The notes under the pieces were generated by a model. The model ran no database searches and was not told the DNA's origin. It was given only the letters and a program-made list of their open reading frames with translations. Position numbers and translations under genes: made by a program. Source: Gemmatimonadales bacterium (GTDB lineage: Bacteria > Gemmatimonadota > Gemmatimonadetes > Gemmatimonadales > GWC2-71-9). From it: DNA of 64,000 nucleotides. Shown here one piece after another: positions 1-9,057 of this stretch. Location: assembly GCA_036279355.1 (NCBI GenBank), contig DASUJH010000024.1:67375-131374 (forward strand). The letters run 5' to 3'. Every line of letters starts with the position of its first letter. The stretch's first letter is position 1.

Positions 1-1041
1 CGGCGGCCATCGAGACCACCGCGCCGAGCGAGATGATCCAGCCGACCGTGGTGTAGCCGGCGAGGTTGAGCGCCTCCGCCAGCGGATCGGCCACCGCGAG
101 CTTCTGATACTTCACCATGCCGGTAAGCACCGCGCCGATCACGATGTAGATCACCGTGCACACCGCGAGGCCGCCCAGGATGCCAATCGGCAGGTTGCGC
201 TGCGGATTCTTGGTTTCCTCGGCGGCGGTCGAGATCGCGTCGAATCCGATGTAGGCGAAGAAGACGATCGCCGCGCCCTGGTGGATGCCCCGGAAGCCGT
301 TCGGCGCGAATGGGTGGTAGTTGGCCGGATCGATGTGGGTGAGCCCCGCCACCACGAAGAGCGCGAGCACCAGCAGCTTGATGGTCACCATGATGTTGTT
401 CGCGCGCGCGCTCTCACGTACGCCGCGGAGCAGGAGCCAGGTGATCAGCATGACGATGGCGAACGCGGGCACGTTGAGCAGCACCGGCACGCCGGCCACC
501 CGCGGCGCAGAATAAAGGAGACCGTGCACGGCCGGATCCGGGCTCAGCAGGGCCGTCCGGTATCCGGTCGTGAGCCATACCGGCGGTTGCGCGCCGATGG
601 AGCCGAGCAGGTTGCTGAAATACCCGCCCCAGGAGATGGCCACCGCGACGTTGCCGACCGCGTACTCCAGGATCAGGTCCCACCCGATGATCCACGCCAC
701 CAGCTCGCCCAGCGTGGCATAGGTGTATGCGTACGCGCTCCCCGCCTGCGGAATCATCGCGGCGAGCTCCGCGTAACAGAGCCCGGCGAGGGCGCAGGCA
801 AATCCCAGCAGCACGAACGAGAGCACGAGCGCCGGTCCGGCGCCGACCCGGACGACGTTGCCCGCCGCGTCCAGCTGCCCCGCCGCCGCCGTGCCGATGG
901 CGCTGAAGATGCCCGCGCCGATCACGGCCCCGATCGCGAGCATGATGAGATCGCCCGCCCCGAGCGCGCGCTTGAGCGCGTTCGGGTTGTCGCCCTCAGC
1001 GAGCAGCTGGCTGATCGGCTTTCGCTGGAAGAGTTGGCGCA
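1..1041 (-). CDS. APC-superfamily amino acid permease (CAT/YfnA-like); C-terminus lies beyond the window start
   Basis: Absent from the ORF track because there is no stop inside the window. My reverse-strand translation from ATG 1041 reads MRQLFQRKPISQLL..GAGDLIMLAIGAVIGAGIF..FFAYIGFDAISTAAEETKNPQRNLP with no stop down to base 1. The start overlaps the upstream tonB stop (TAATG). Confidence 0.85.
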
Positions 1042-1872
1042 TTAGAAGAAGGACACGGTGATCGTGGTCGAGCCGGGAACCGGCGCGCCCGCCGGAGACC
1101 GGGCGGGCCGGAATCGGTAGTTGCGCATCGTCTCCTCGAACTTTCGGGCAAAGCCGCCGTCACGGATGGCCGGCGTGATGGTCACGCGGTCAACGGCGCC
1201 ATCGGGACCGACGAAGAAGGTGACCTCGACCTGCGTGCCGCGCAACGAGGAGGGTGCATCGGGCGGCGGCAACACGAGTTGTCGCGGCTCCGGCGCCGTG
1301 CCCCGACCGCGTTCGCCCCCGAAGGCCGGCCCCGTTCCCGTCCCCCGCCCTGATCCCTCCGCACTGCCATCCGTCACGCCACCAGCACCGCCGCCTTCAC
1401 CGGGTCTGGTCCCCGACGCGGAGCCCGCCCCGCCGACGCCCGCGACCGGCGGCGCCGTATCGGCCCGCGCGGCCGAATCGACTCGGGAAAATGTGTCGGC
1501 CGTCGCATCGGCGACCGGGACCGGTCGGGGCTCGAGTGTCTTGGGACGCGGCTGCGGCGCGGATCGTTTGAGCGTCGGTGCCGGCCGGGCTCGTGGCGCC
1601 GGGCCGCGGGCCGGAGATAACGAATGCTCGGACGCCGGCGCGCCGTCCGCGGCCGGCCCGCCAATATACGCCATGACGGAGGCGCGGGCACCGCCCGCGC
1701 CCCCGCGCGGCATGCCCGGGATGCCCGGCACACGCGTCCGGACCCATGCGCGCCCCGCGTCTGAGACGAGCACGAGCACAACTGCCGCGTGCAGTGCCAC
1801 GGAGAGCCAGAGGGCTCCCCGATGGCGTTGGCGCGGCGGAAGCCGCATCGACGGCGGGATCGGCGGACGCAT
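1042..1872 (-). CDS. tonB: TonB-family energy transducer
   Basis: ORF 1042..1872. N-terminal TM (ALWLSVALHAAVVLVLV), Pro/Ala-rich spacer, and C-terminal TonB fold (VEVTFFVGPDGAVDRVTI..YRFRPA). Confidence 0.85.
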   Translation of the reverse strand: MRPPIPPSMRLPPRQRHRGALWLSVALHAAVVLVLVSDAGRAWVRTRVPGIPGMPRGGAGGARASVMAYIGGPAADGAPASEHSLSPARGPAPRARPAPTLKRSAPQPRPKTLEPRPVPVADATADTFSRVDSAARADTAPPVAGVGGAGSASGTRPGEGGGAGGVTDGSAEGSGRGTGTGPAFGGERGRGTAPEPRQLVLPPPDAPSSLRGTQVEVTFFVGPDGAVDRVTITPAIRDGGFARKFEETMRNYRFRPARSPAGAPVPGSTTITVSFF

Positions 1873-1907
1873 CTCCGGTCGTACGGGCCGCGCCCCGCGC
1901 GGCCGCC

Positions 1908-2321
1908 TTACCGGTTCGCTTCCCTCGGCGTGAAGCCGATGATCTGGACCCCGGCGCCCCGTGCGATGTCCATTGCCTCGATGACGTCCTGATAGATCCG
2001 GTTGGGACCGGCCTGGATGAACAGCAGCTTGGCCGGGCGATTGTCGAACACCGCGTGGATCTGCGCCTCGAGCTGACTCTTCGGCACCGGCTGCGAGTTG
2101 ATGGCGTAGCTACCGTCGTTGGCCAGTTGCAGCACGATCTGGTTGCTCGCCGACGTGCTCGCGGTCGTCGAATTGGGCGGCGGCACCTGGACGTCGATGG
2201 CCTTCCGCCCGAGGGGCTGGGTGATCATGAAAATGATCAGCAGCACGAGGAGCACGTCGATCATCGGCGTGACGTTGATGTCCGACTGCACCGCCGCCGA
2301 CGATCCTGTGGTCATCGCCAT
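1908..2321 (-). CDS. exbD: ExbD/TolR biopolymer transport protein
   Basis: ORF 1908..2321. DINVTPMIDVLLVLLIIFM TM motif typical of ExbD/TolR. Confidence 0.9.
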   Translation of the reverse strand: MAMTTGSSAAVQSDINVTPMIDVLLVLLIIFMITQPLGRKAIDVQVPPPNSTTASTSASNQIVLQLANDGSYAINSQPVPKSQLEAQIHAVFDNRPAKLLFIQAGPNRIYQDVIEAMDIARGAGVQIIGFTPREANR

Positions 2322-2322
2322 G

Positions 2323-2790
2323 TCACTTCTTCTCCTTGTCGTGCGACAGATCGCCGAACATCCCGCCCTTGACCGGCTCCGTAATGGCCGACATCACGCG
2401 CACCCCGGCCTGCCGGGCGGTCTCGACCGCGTCCTGGATCCGGCTGTACTTGAGGTGGTTGTCCGCCTTGAAGTAAAGAATCTTGTCTTCCGACCGGCTG
2501 GCATAGATCGACCGGAGCTGGTCGGCGAGAGCAGCGTCCGGCAGCGGCCGCCCATTGAGGAAGTACTGGCCGCTCTCGTCGATGCCGAGCACCACCTCGT
2601 TGTCGCCCTCGGGGCGCGAGTCCAGGTTCTTGCCCTTGGGAAGCGTCGCCTTGAAGCCAGCGGCGATAAGGGGCGTCACGATCATGAAGATGATCAGGAG
2701 CACCAGCATGACGTCGATCATCGGCGTCACGTTGATGTCCGACTTGACCGACGTGACGCCGGCGCTAGGACTACTGGTGGATATGGCCAC
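2323..2790 (-). CDS. exbD: ExbD/TolR biopolymer transport protein (second copy)
   Basis: ORF 2323..2790 with a GTG start. DINVTPMIDVMLVLLIIFM motif. There is a 1-nt gap to the next exbD. Confidence 0.9.
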   Translation of the reverse strand: MAISTSSPSAGVTSVKSDINVTPMIDVMLVLLIIFMIVTPLIAAGFKATLPKGKNLDSRPEGDNEVVLGIDESGQYFLNGRPLPDAALADQLRSIYASRSEDKILYFKADNHLKYSRIQDAVETARQAGVRVMSAITEPVKGGMFGDLSHDKEKK

Positions 2791-3520
2791 TGCCGCTCAC
2801 CGCCTTCTGCGCCTGGAACTCCTTGGTGAAGATCGAACGCCCGAACTCGCTCCCGACGCTCTTGATGAGGTAGTCGATGAGCTCCTTCGACGTGTAGGTC
2901 ATCTCGACCGTGAGGTTCTCGATCTTGGTCGTGAAGTAGTTGTAGGCCCAGACCGCCGGGATGGCGACGATGAGGCCGAACGCGGTGGTGATCAGCGCCT
3001 CCGCGATACCGGCCGAGATCGCCGCCAGGCCGCCCGACGCGCCCTGCTGTGCCATGCCCACGAACGCGGTCACGATGCCCATGACCGTGCCAAGCAGACC
3101 GACGAACGGCGCGGTCGAGCCGACCGTGCCGAGCACCCCGAGACCGCGCTTGAAGTCGGCGAGCGTAATGAGCATCTGGCGCTCCACCGCGCGCTCGGCC
3201 GAATTGATGTCGGCCGCGGTGATGGTCGCGCGGTCGCGCAGGAGCGGCTTTACCTCGGCCAGCGCTTCGCCGAGCACCCGGGACACGTGGCTCCGCTTGT
3301 TCCGTTCCGCCAGCGTGATCGCCTGATCGAGGTTCTCCTCCTGGATCGCGCGGGAGAACTGTGGTGCAAAGCGGCGCGTCTCTGACTCGCTGCGCTTCAC
3401 CTGGATCAGCTTCGTGATCACGATGCTGAGCGAGTAGATCGACATGATCGCCATCACGAAGACGATGCCCTTGGCGAAGGGGCCCATCGTGTGCCACAGG
3501 TTCAAGAGATCGAGATTCAT
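2771..3520 (-). CDS. exbB: MotA/TolQ/ExbB proton channel protein
   Basis: ORF 2771..3520. Three predicted TM segments and a conserved C-terminal half (GLLGTVMGIVTAF..GIAEALITTAFGLIVAIP). Confidence 0.9.
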   Translation of the reverse strand: MNLDLLNLWHTMGPFAKGIVFVMAIMSIYSLSIVITKLIQVKRSESETRRFAPQFSRAIQEENLDQAITLAERNKRSHVSRVLGEALAEVKPLLRDRATITAADINSAERAVERQMLITLADFKRGLGVLGTVGSTAPFVGLLGTVMGIVTAFVGMAQQGASGGLAAISAGIAEALITTAFGLIVAIPAVWAYNYFTTKIENLTVEMTYTSKELIDYLIKSVGSEFGRSIFTKEFQAQKAVSGSGHIHQ

Positions 3521-3577
3521 GTTATGTGCGTCTCCTCGGACGACGTGTGCGCGAGCGTTTACTCGCGGCCTGCGTGA

Positions 3578-4285
3578 CTATTGACCGACCTTGAACGACA
3601 TCGCCTGCTGCACCAGTTGCCGCACCGGCCTTCCGTGAAACCGGGCCGGCTTGAACACCGATTTCATGATGGCCTCCTTGGCCGGCTCCTCGAAGGCCTT
3701 ATTGGTGGACGAGACCACCTTGAACGACGGCGGTTCGGCGTGACCCGTCGTGTCCACGATGTACTGTACGACAACCCGACCCGCCACCCCCGCGCTCTGG
3801 AGCACGGGCGGATAGCGCGGCAGCGGCTGCGAGATCGGTTGCGCCGGATCATCGAGCTGCGCCTCGGTGAACACTTCGGCCTTCACGTCGACCGGGCCCG
3901 TACCGCCCGCCACGCCGGTCGCGATGCCCCCCTCGATGCCCTTGCCGGTGAAATCCTTGGGGTCGAACGCCTTCTGCTTCAGGTCCACCGGCGGGATCAC
4001 CTTGGGAATCTCGGTCGGCGGCACGACGGTCTGGAATCCCTTCGGCGGGGGATTCACGGTCACGACCTGTTCCGGTGGCGGCTGCTCGGGCGGCGGCGGC
4101 GGGGGTGGCGGAGGCTTGAGGAACACCATCGTGGTGTCCACCGGCTTGTCCTTGATGGTCTCGGCCACGCCTTGCGTGGCTTTGACGGCGAGAAAGATCA
4201 GCGCGCCATGCACGGCCAGGGAGAGCACCGTCTGGCCGAACGACCGCTGCCTTTTCGCCTTTGACTCGAGCAGGTTTTCGAACAC
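3578..4285 (-). CDS. TonB-family protein (second paralog)
   Basis: ORF 3578..4330 trimmed to GTG 4285, which is preceded by GGAGG (4294-4298). Sequence starts VFENLLESK, then a TM, a poly-Pro tract PPPPPPPPPEQPPPEQ and a C-terminal TonB domain. Confidence 0.8.
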   Translation of the reverse strand: MFENLLESKAKRQRSFGQTVLSLAVHGALIFLAVKATQGVAETIKDKPVDTTMVFLKPPPPPPPPPEQPPPEQVVTVNPPPKGFQTVVPPTEIPKVIPPVDLKQKAFDPKDFTGKGIEGGIATGVAGGTGPVDVKAEVFTEAQLDDPAQPISQPLPRYPPVLQSAGVAGRVVVQYIVDTTGHAEPPSFKVVSSTNKAFEEPAKEAIMKSVFKPARFHGRPVRQLVQQAMSFKVGQ

Positions 4286-4381
4286 GCAACGACCTCCCTG
4301 GGTGGGAACTCGACGGCGAGAAGCTAGCACCGCCCGATGGCGGGGTCGTTGATCGAAGATGACAATTCGGTGACAACGGGA

Positions 4382-4891
4382 TTAGCGCTTACGAATGCGT
4401 GCCGTGCGGGCCGGTGCGTGACCGCTGCTGCCGTGCGTCGCGAGGTGGTGCATCACCTGATCGAGCAGATCGACCGCACGCGCCAGCGTGGCACGATCCG
4501 GGTCGCCGAGGGTCCGCAGCTCGCCCGCGAGCAACGCGATGCGCCGTGCCCGCCCGCGCTGGAGGAGGCGCCGGCCGCGCGCCGTGGCCCTGAGGCGGAT
4601 GGCACGCCGGTCGTGCGGGTCGGGCTGCCGCGCCACCAGGCCCTGCTGCTCGAGCGCCTGGACCAGCCGCACCATCGTCGGGGGCCGGACCTGCTCCGCG
4701 TCGGCCAGGGCGCGCAAGGTACAGGGACCGCCGAACACGAGCACCGACAGCGCCGAGAGCCGGGGCGCCGAGAGGCCGGTGGCCGCATCCACCCGCCGGA
4801 GCCCCCGGAGGAGGTGGACCGCGGCCGAGTGCAGCCGGTCGGCAAGGGGGGCGAGGTCGCGGGGGCCGCGGCTTGCGGGCGGCCGCGTCAT
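4382..4891 (-). CDS. MarR-family transcriptional regulator
   Basis: ORF 4382..4891. Winged-helix MarR pattern LRALADAEQVRPPTMVRLVQALEQQGLVARQPDPHDRRAIRL. Confidence 0.9.
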   Translation of the reverse strand: MTRPPASRGPRDLAPLADRLHSAAVHLLRGLRRVDAATGLSAPRLSALSVLVFGGPCTLRALADAEQVRPPTMVRLVQALEQQGLVARQPDPHDRRAIRLRATARGRRLLQRGRARRIALLAGELRTLGDPDRATLARAVDLLDQVMHHLATHGSSGHAPARTARIRKR

Positions 4892-4902
4892 CCAGTATGA
4901 TC

Positions 4903-4917
4903 GTTAGCACTGCTAAC
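4903..4917. promoter_or_regulatory. Perfect 7-1-7 palindrome GTTAGCAcTGCTAAC, candidate MarR operator
   Basis: Counted between the divergent start codons (MarR ATG 4891, VOC ATG 4946). A TATGAT -10-like hexamer lies at 4895-4900. Confidence 0.5.
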
Positions 4918-4945
4918 CATCATTCCCATTCCCCTGGAGGACGCC

Positions 4946-5332
4946 ATGACCGCTGCCGCCCCCGGCCTCGAGCGCGTCGTGCAGCTTGCGCTCACCGTCC
5001 GCGACCTGCCGCGGGCCGTCGCGTTCTATCGCGACGTGCTGGGCCTGCCTTTCCTCTTCGACGCGCCGCCGCAGATGGCGTTCTTCGAGTGCGGCGGCAT
5101 CCGGCTCCTGATCGGCGCGGGACACGCGGGACCTCCCGCGCCGAGCGGCTCCGTCGTCTACTTCGCCACGCACGACATCCAGGCGAGCCACGCGGCGCTC
5201 GCGGCCGCGGGCGTCGCCTTCGCGCAGCCGCCGCAGCGCATCGCCCGGCTCCCGACCTCCGACGTGTGGTTGGCCGAATTCGACGACCCCGACGGCAATC
5301 ATCTCGCGCTCATGAGCGAGGTGCCGCGCTAG
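4946..5332 (+). CDS. VOC (glyoxalase/bleomycin-resistance fold) family protein
   Basis: ORF 4946..5332. RVVQLALTVRDLPRAVAFYRDVLGL is typical of the VOC fold. The gene is divergent from MarR. Confidence 0.85.
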   Translation: MTAAAPGLERVVQLALTVRDLPRAVAFYRDVLGLPFLFDAPPQMAFFECGGIRLLIGAGHAGPPAPSGSVVYFATHDIQASHAALAAAGVAFAQPPQRIARLPTSDVWLAEFDDPDGNHLALMSEVPR

Positions 5333-6854
5333 CTGCGCCATCGGCGGCGCCCTGCGGCACGGCATCGGGCGCGCCGTCTGCGCGTGCGTCGGCGGCCGGG
5401 GGCACGGCGGGCGCAGCCGAGCCCGCGGCGGGCAGCCGCACCGTGAAGGTCGTCCCGCGCCCCGGCCGGCTCTGCACCGTAATCGCCCCGCCGTGCGCCT
5501 CGGCGATCCACTTCGTGATCGCGAGACCGAGGCCGGTGCCGGCCCGCTCGCCGGTCCGGGAGCGCGCCGGATCGGCCCGCCAGAATCGGTCGAAAATGTG
5601 CGGCAGGTCGCCCGGCGCGATCCCGATGCCGGTGTCCTGCACCACGAGCGTCACGACCCCGTCGGCCTCCGTCAGGCTCAACCCGACCTGGCCGCCGGGT
5701 GGGGTGTACTTGATCGCGTTGGTCACGAGGTTGAGCAGCATCTCCCGGATGCGGTGCCGGTCCATCGGAAGCCGCACCGGCGCCGGCGGCATCCGGGTCG
5801 AGACGACCACCTGCGCGTCTTCGCCCAGCATCCCCGCGGTTTCCGACACGTCGGCCACGACCTCGCGGAGATCGCCTTCCTCCAGGCTGAGCGGTGCGCG
5901 GCCCTCGTCGACGCGAGCGAGGGTGAGCAGGTTGTCGACCATCTCCGTCATCTGATTCAACTGCTCGAGTGTCTCGTCCAGCGACTGCATGACCTCGCGC
6001 GGGGTCTGGGGATGGGTGAGTCCGCGCTCCACACCGGCGCGGAGCACCATGAGCGGCGTTTTGAGCTCGTGGCTCGCGTCGGCGGTGAAACGGCGGAGGC
6101 TCGCGAAGCTCTGCTCCAGCCGCGCGAGCATCCCGTTGATCGTCACCGCGACCCGCGCGACCTCATCGCTTGCCGGCGGCAGCGCCACCCGGCGGTGCAG
6201 GCTGCGGCCGTCGGTAATGGCCTCGACCTCCTCCATGATTCCGAGCAGCGGCTGCACGCTGGTCCGTGCGAGCCAGTAGCCCAGCGCAAGCGACGCCGCC
6301 AGCACGAGCGGCGCGATGAGCAGCATCGACTCGAGCAGCGCACTCGGCCCATACGACGCTTCGGCCGTCGCGGTCGCGACCAGCAGCGCGCCGATGCCGG
6401 GGCCCGCGGAATCCACCCGCACCGCGAGATAGCGAACCGAGCCGAGCGGCGGGTCGAAGTCGATGACTCCGCTCGCGCGCGGGCCGCGGAGCGGCTGCAG
6501 CGGCGCCGAGAGCCGCTCGAATTCGCTGGCGGCGAGGGGGCGGGTGACGCCGGAGAGGCCCACGACGTTGCCCGAAGTGTCGGCCACAATGAGGTAGTCG
6601 CGGAACGCCTCGAGGTAGGCGCTGATGCCGGGGTCGAGCGCGGGGCTCGGGGCGTCGGTCACGAGCCGCCCAAGTACGCGGTACGATTCGACCAGCCAGC
6701 GGGTGGCCACGTCGGCTTCGATCGTGAGCCTGCGGTCCAGCTCGTGCCGGCTCGCCTGCTGGCGCTCGTAGTACAGGGCCGTGCCGAACGCCAGCACGGT
6801 GAGCCCGAGCGCCACCGAGTACCACACCGTGAGGCGGCGGCGGATCGAGCTCAT
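5310..6854 (-). CDS. Membrane sensor histidine kinase (periplasmic loop-HAMP-HisKA-HATPase)
   Basis: ORF 5310..6854. Two TM segments, an H-box FTADASHELKTPL and G-boxes DTGIGI..GTGLGLAI. Confidence 0.9.
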   Translation of the reverse strand: MSSIRRRLTVWYSVALGLTVLAFGTALYYERQQASRHELDRRLTIEADVATRWLVESYRVLGRLVTDAPSPALDPGISAYLEAFRDYLIVADTSGNVVGLSGVTRPLAASEFERLSAPLQPLRGPRASGVIDFDPPLGSVRYLAVRVDSAGPGIGALLVATATAEASYGPSALLESMLLIAPLVLAASLALGYWLARTSVQPLLGIMEEVEAITDGRSLHRRVALPPASDEVARVAVTINGMLARLEQSFASLRRFTADASHELKTPLMVLRAGVERGLTHPQTPREVMQSLDETLEQLNQMTEMVDNLLTLARVDEGRAPLSLEEGDLREVVADVSETAGMLGEDAQVVVSTRMPPAPVRLPMDRHRIREMLLNLVTNAIKYTPPGGQVGLSLTEADGVVTLVVQDTGIGIAPGDLPHIFDRFWRADPARSRTGERAGTGLGLAITKWIAEAHGGAITVQSRPGRGTTFTVRLPAAGSAAPAVPPAADARADGAPDAVPQGAADGAASAAPRS

Positions 6855-6855
6855 G

Positions 6856-7524
6856 TCACTCCCTCACCACGTATCCCACTCCGCGCACCGTGTGCACCAG
6901 CTTCTGCGCGTGTCCCGAATCGACCTTCTTCCTGAGCCGGTTGATCACGACGTCGACGATGTTGGTGCCGGGATCGAAGTGGTAGTCCCAGGCGTATTCG
7001 GTGATGAGGGTGCGCGACATGACCCGCCCGGCGTGGCGCATCAGGTACTCGAGCACCGTGTATTCCTTGGGCGTGAGCTCGATCGCATGGCCCGCACGCC
7101 GCACGCCGCGGGTGGCGGTGTCGAGCTCGAGGTCGGCCACCTTGAGCACCGGCGCCTGCAGCTCCTTGGGCCGGCGGCCCAGCGCCTCGACCCGCGCCAG
7201 CAGCTCCTCGAAGGCGAACGGCTTGGTGACGTAGTCGTCCGCGCCCATGCGGAGCGCCTGCACCTTGAAGTCCACCGTATCCTGGGCCGTGAGCACGAGG
7301 ATCGGGGTCGTGATGCCGCGGTCGCGCAGCGTGCGCAGCACCTCGAAGCCGGTCATGCCGGGCAACCGGAGGTCGAGCACCAGCAGGTCATAGTGGCTGC
7401 CTGACGCGAGGCGGAGCCCCTCCATCCCATCGTCGACCAGATCGGCCTGCATCAGGTGCTCCTCGAGCCCACGCTTCACGTACTGGCCAACCGTGCGGTC
7501 GTCCTCGATCACGAGCACCTTCAT
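6856..7524 (-). CDS. OmpR/PhoB-family response regulator
   Basis: ORF 6856..7764 trimmed to ATG 7524 (MKVLVIEDD). ATGA overlap with the upstream kinase stop. Receiver domain plus winged-helix domain (LTPKEYTVLEYLMRHAGRVMSR). Confidence 0.9.
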   Translation of the reverse strand: MKVLVIEDDRTVGQYVKRGLEEHLMQADLVDDGMEGLRLASGSHYDLLVLDLRLPGMTGFEVLRTLRDRGITTPILVLTAQDTVDFKVQALRMGADDYVTKPFAFEELLARVEALGRRPKELQAPVLKVADLELDTATRGVRRAGHAIELTPKEYTVLEYLMRHAGRVMSRTLITEYAWDYHFDPGTNIVDVVINRLRKKVDSGHAQKLVHTVRGVGYVVRE

Positions 7525-9044
7525 GCGCCCGCCGCCGGGAGCACCACCCGAAACGTCGACCCCGCCCCCGGCAGGCTTTCCAACTCGATCCGGCCGCCAT
7601 GCTCGGCGACGATGCCGTAACAGATCGAAAGGCCGAGCCCCGTGCCTTTGCCCGGCGGCTTGGTGGTGTAGAACGGCTCGAAGATCTTCGACTGATCCGC
7701 CCGCGCGATGCCGGGACCCGTATCCATCACTTCGACATATACCTCGGCCGCGCTCGCGCCGCACCCGGTTCGCAAGGTGAGCCGGCCGCCCGCGTCCATC
7801 GCGTCCACCGCATTCAGCATGAGCGCCATCAGCACCTGCGCGAGCTGCTCGGCGTTCGCGCGGGCGGGTGGAAGCGCCGGGTCGAGCTCGCGCGCCACCT
7901 CGAGCTGGCCGAAGCGCGCGTGATGGGTGAGCAGGAAGAGCGTCTCGTCCACCACCGCGTTGAGCACCACCTTCCGCTTCGCACGGCCCTTGGGCCGGCT
8001 GAAGTCGAGCAGTCCGTTCACGATCCGGGTGCAGCGGTCCACCTCGCGATCGATCATGCCGAGATAGTCGCGCACCGCGGGCGCGGCCGCGCCGGCGAAC
8101 TCATCGAGGCGGCCCTCGATTGCGGCGACGCAGGCGCCGATCGTCGCCAGCGGATTGTTGATCTCGTGCATGACGCCCGCGGCGAGCTGACCGATCGCGG
8201 CCAGCTTCTCGTGCTGGAGAATGCGCGCCTGCGTGAGGCGTGCGTCGGTCACGTCCTCGCCGATGGTGATGACGTGGGTGATCGCATCGCCGCCAAGCCG
8301 CATGGGCGTCTTGCTGATGCGATACCAGTGCGTCGCGCCGTCGCGGCTCACCTCCAGCTCTTCCTGCGTGGCCTCGCCCGTCTCGAACACCCGGTCGAAT
8401 TCCGCCCGGAGCACGTCGGCCGGCTGGCGGGTAAGCACGTCGAACACCGGCCGGCCCACGACCACGTCGCGCCGGAGTCCCTGGGTGCCTGTTTCCCTGT
8501 TGCGGTTCCAGATCTGGATTCGGTACTCGCGGTCCACGACGTAGAGACCCACCGGCAGGCTGTCGATGATGAGGCTGATGAAGCGGCGCTGCTCGTCGAT
8601 TTCGCGGGACTGGATCGCGACCTCGTGCGCCAGATCGGCCGAGAGCTCGGTGGCCACGAGCCACGGCGTAAGCAGGTCGGCCAGCACGCCGAGGAGCGCG
8701 CCGTCGGGCGGCGGGCCGGCAAACCGGGCCTCCAGGATTCCGACTTGCTCGCCATCCTGCGCGAGCGGAACCCGTATCGTCTGCGGACCCGCGGCAGGGA
8801 GCCGCGCGAGTGACTCGACGGGGCCATCCGCCAGGCCGGCGTCCAGCGCTTCGGCCGGGCTCCGGGTCGGCGACGCGATCGGCCGGAACCGCGTGCCGCC
8901 AGGCTCTCGCACCCACAGCGCGGCCGTGCGCGCGCCAAGGCCGCCCCGCATCCGCTCGGTGAGGGCGCGTGCCGTTGCCTCGAACCCGAGCCCCGCGTTG
9001 AGGAGCTTGCCGACGTCCCGCAGCAGCTCGAGCTCGGTGCTCAC
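7521..9044 (-). CDS. Cytoplasmic GAF/PAS sensor histidine kinase
   Basis: ORF 7521..9044. No TM segment. GAF-like N-terminus, PAS region, H-box HEINNPLATI and HATPase motifs (DTGPGI..GTGLGLSICYGIV). Confidence 0.9.
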   Translation of the reverse strand: MSTELELLRDVGKLLNAGLGFEATARALTERMRGGLGARTAALWVREPGGTRFRPIASPTRSPAEALDAGLADGPVESLARLPAAGPQTIRVPLAQDGEQVGILEARFAGPPPDGALLGVLADLLTPWLVATELSADLAHEVAIQSREIDEQRRFISLIIDSLPVGLYVVDREYRIQIWNRNRETGTQGLRRDVVVGRPVFDVLTRQPADVLRAEFDRVFETGEATQEELEVSRDGATHWYRISKTPMRLGGDAITHVITIGEDVTDARLTQARILQHEKLAAIGQLAAGVMHEINNPLATIGACVAAIEGRLDEFAGAAAPAVRDYLGMIDREVDRCTRIVNGLLDFSRPKGRAKRKVVLNAVVDETLFLLTHHARFGQLEVARELDPALPPARANAEQLAQVLMALMLNAVDAMDAGGRLTLRTGCGASAAEVYVEVMDTGPGIARADQSKIFEPFYTTKPPGKGTGLGLSICYGIVAEHGGRIELESLPGAGSTFRVVLPAAGA

Positions 9045-9057
9045 GGCAGGCGCTGCC

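Noticed and set aside
281-1045. A 254-aa plus-strand ORF at the window start
   Set aside because: It is antisense to the partial APC permease, whose reverse-strand translation carries the APC signature. The ORF product is His/Arg/Glu-rich junk.
6856-7764. N-terminal extensions of many track ORFs (response regulator 302 aa, hemC 400 aa, leuB 488 aa, leuC 548 aa, cupredoxin 315 aa, soxY 243 aa, dehydrogenase 489 aa and others)
   Set aside because: The extensions overlap the upstream genes and have Arg/Pro-rich compositions. They end at internal ATG or GTG codons that give canonical family N-termini and ATGA/TGATG coupling, so I trimmed them.
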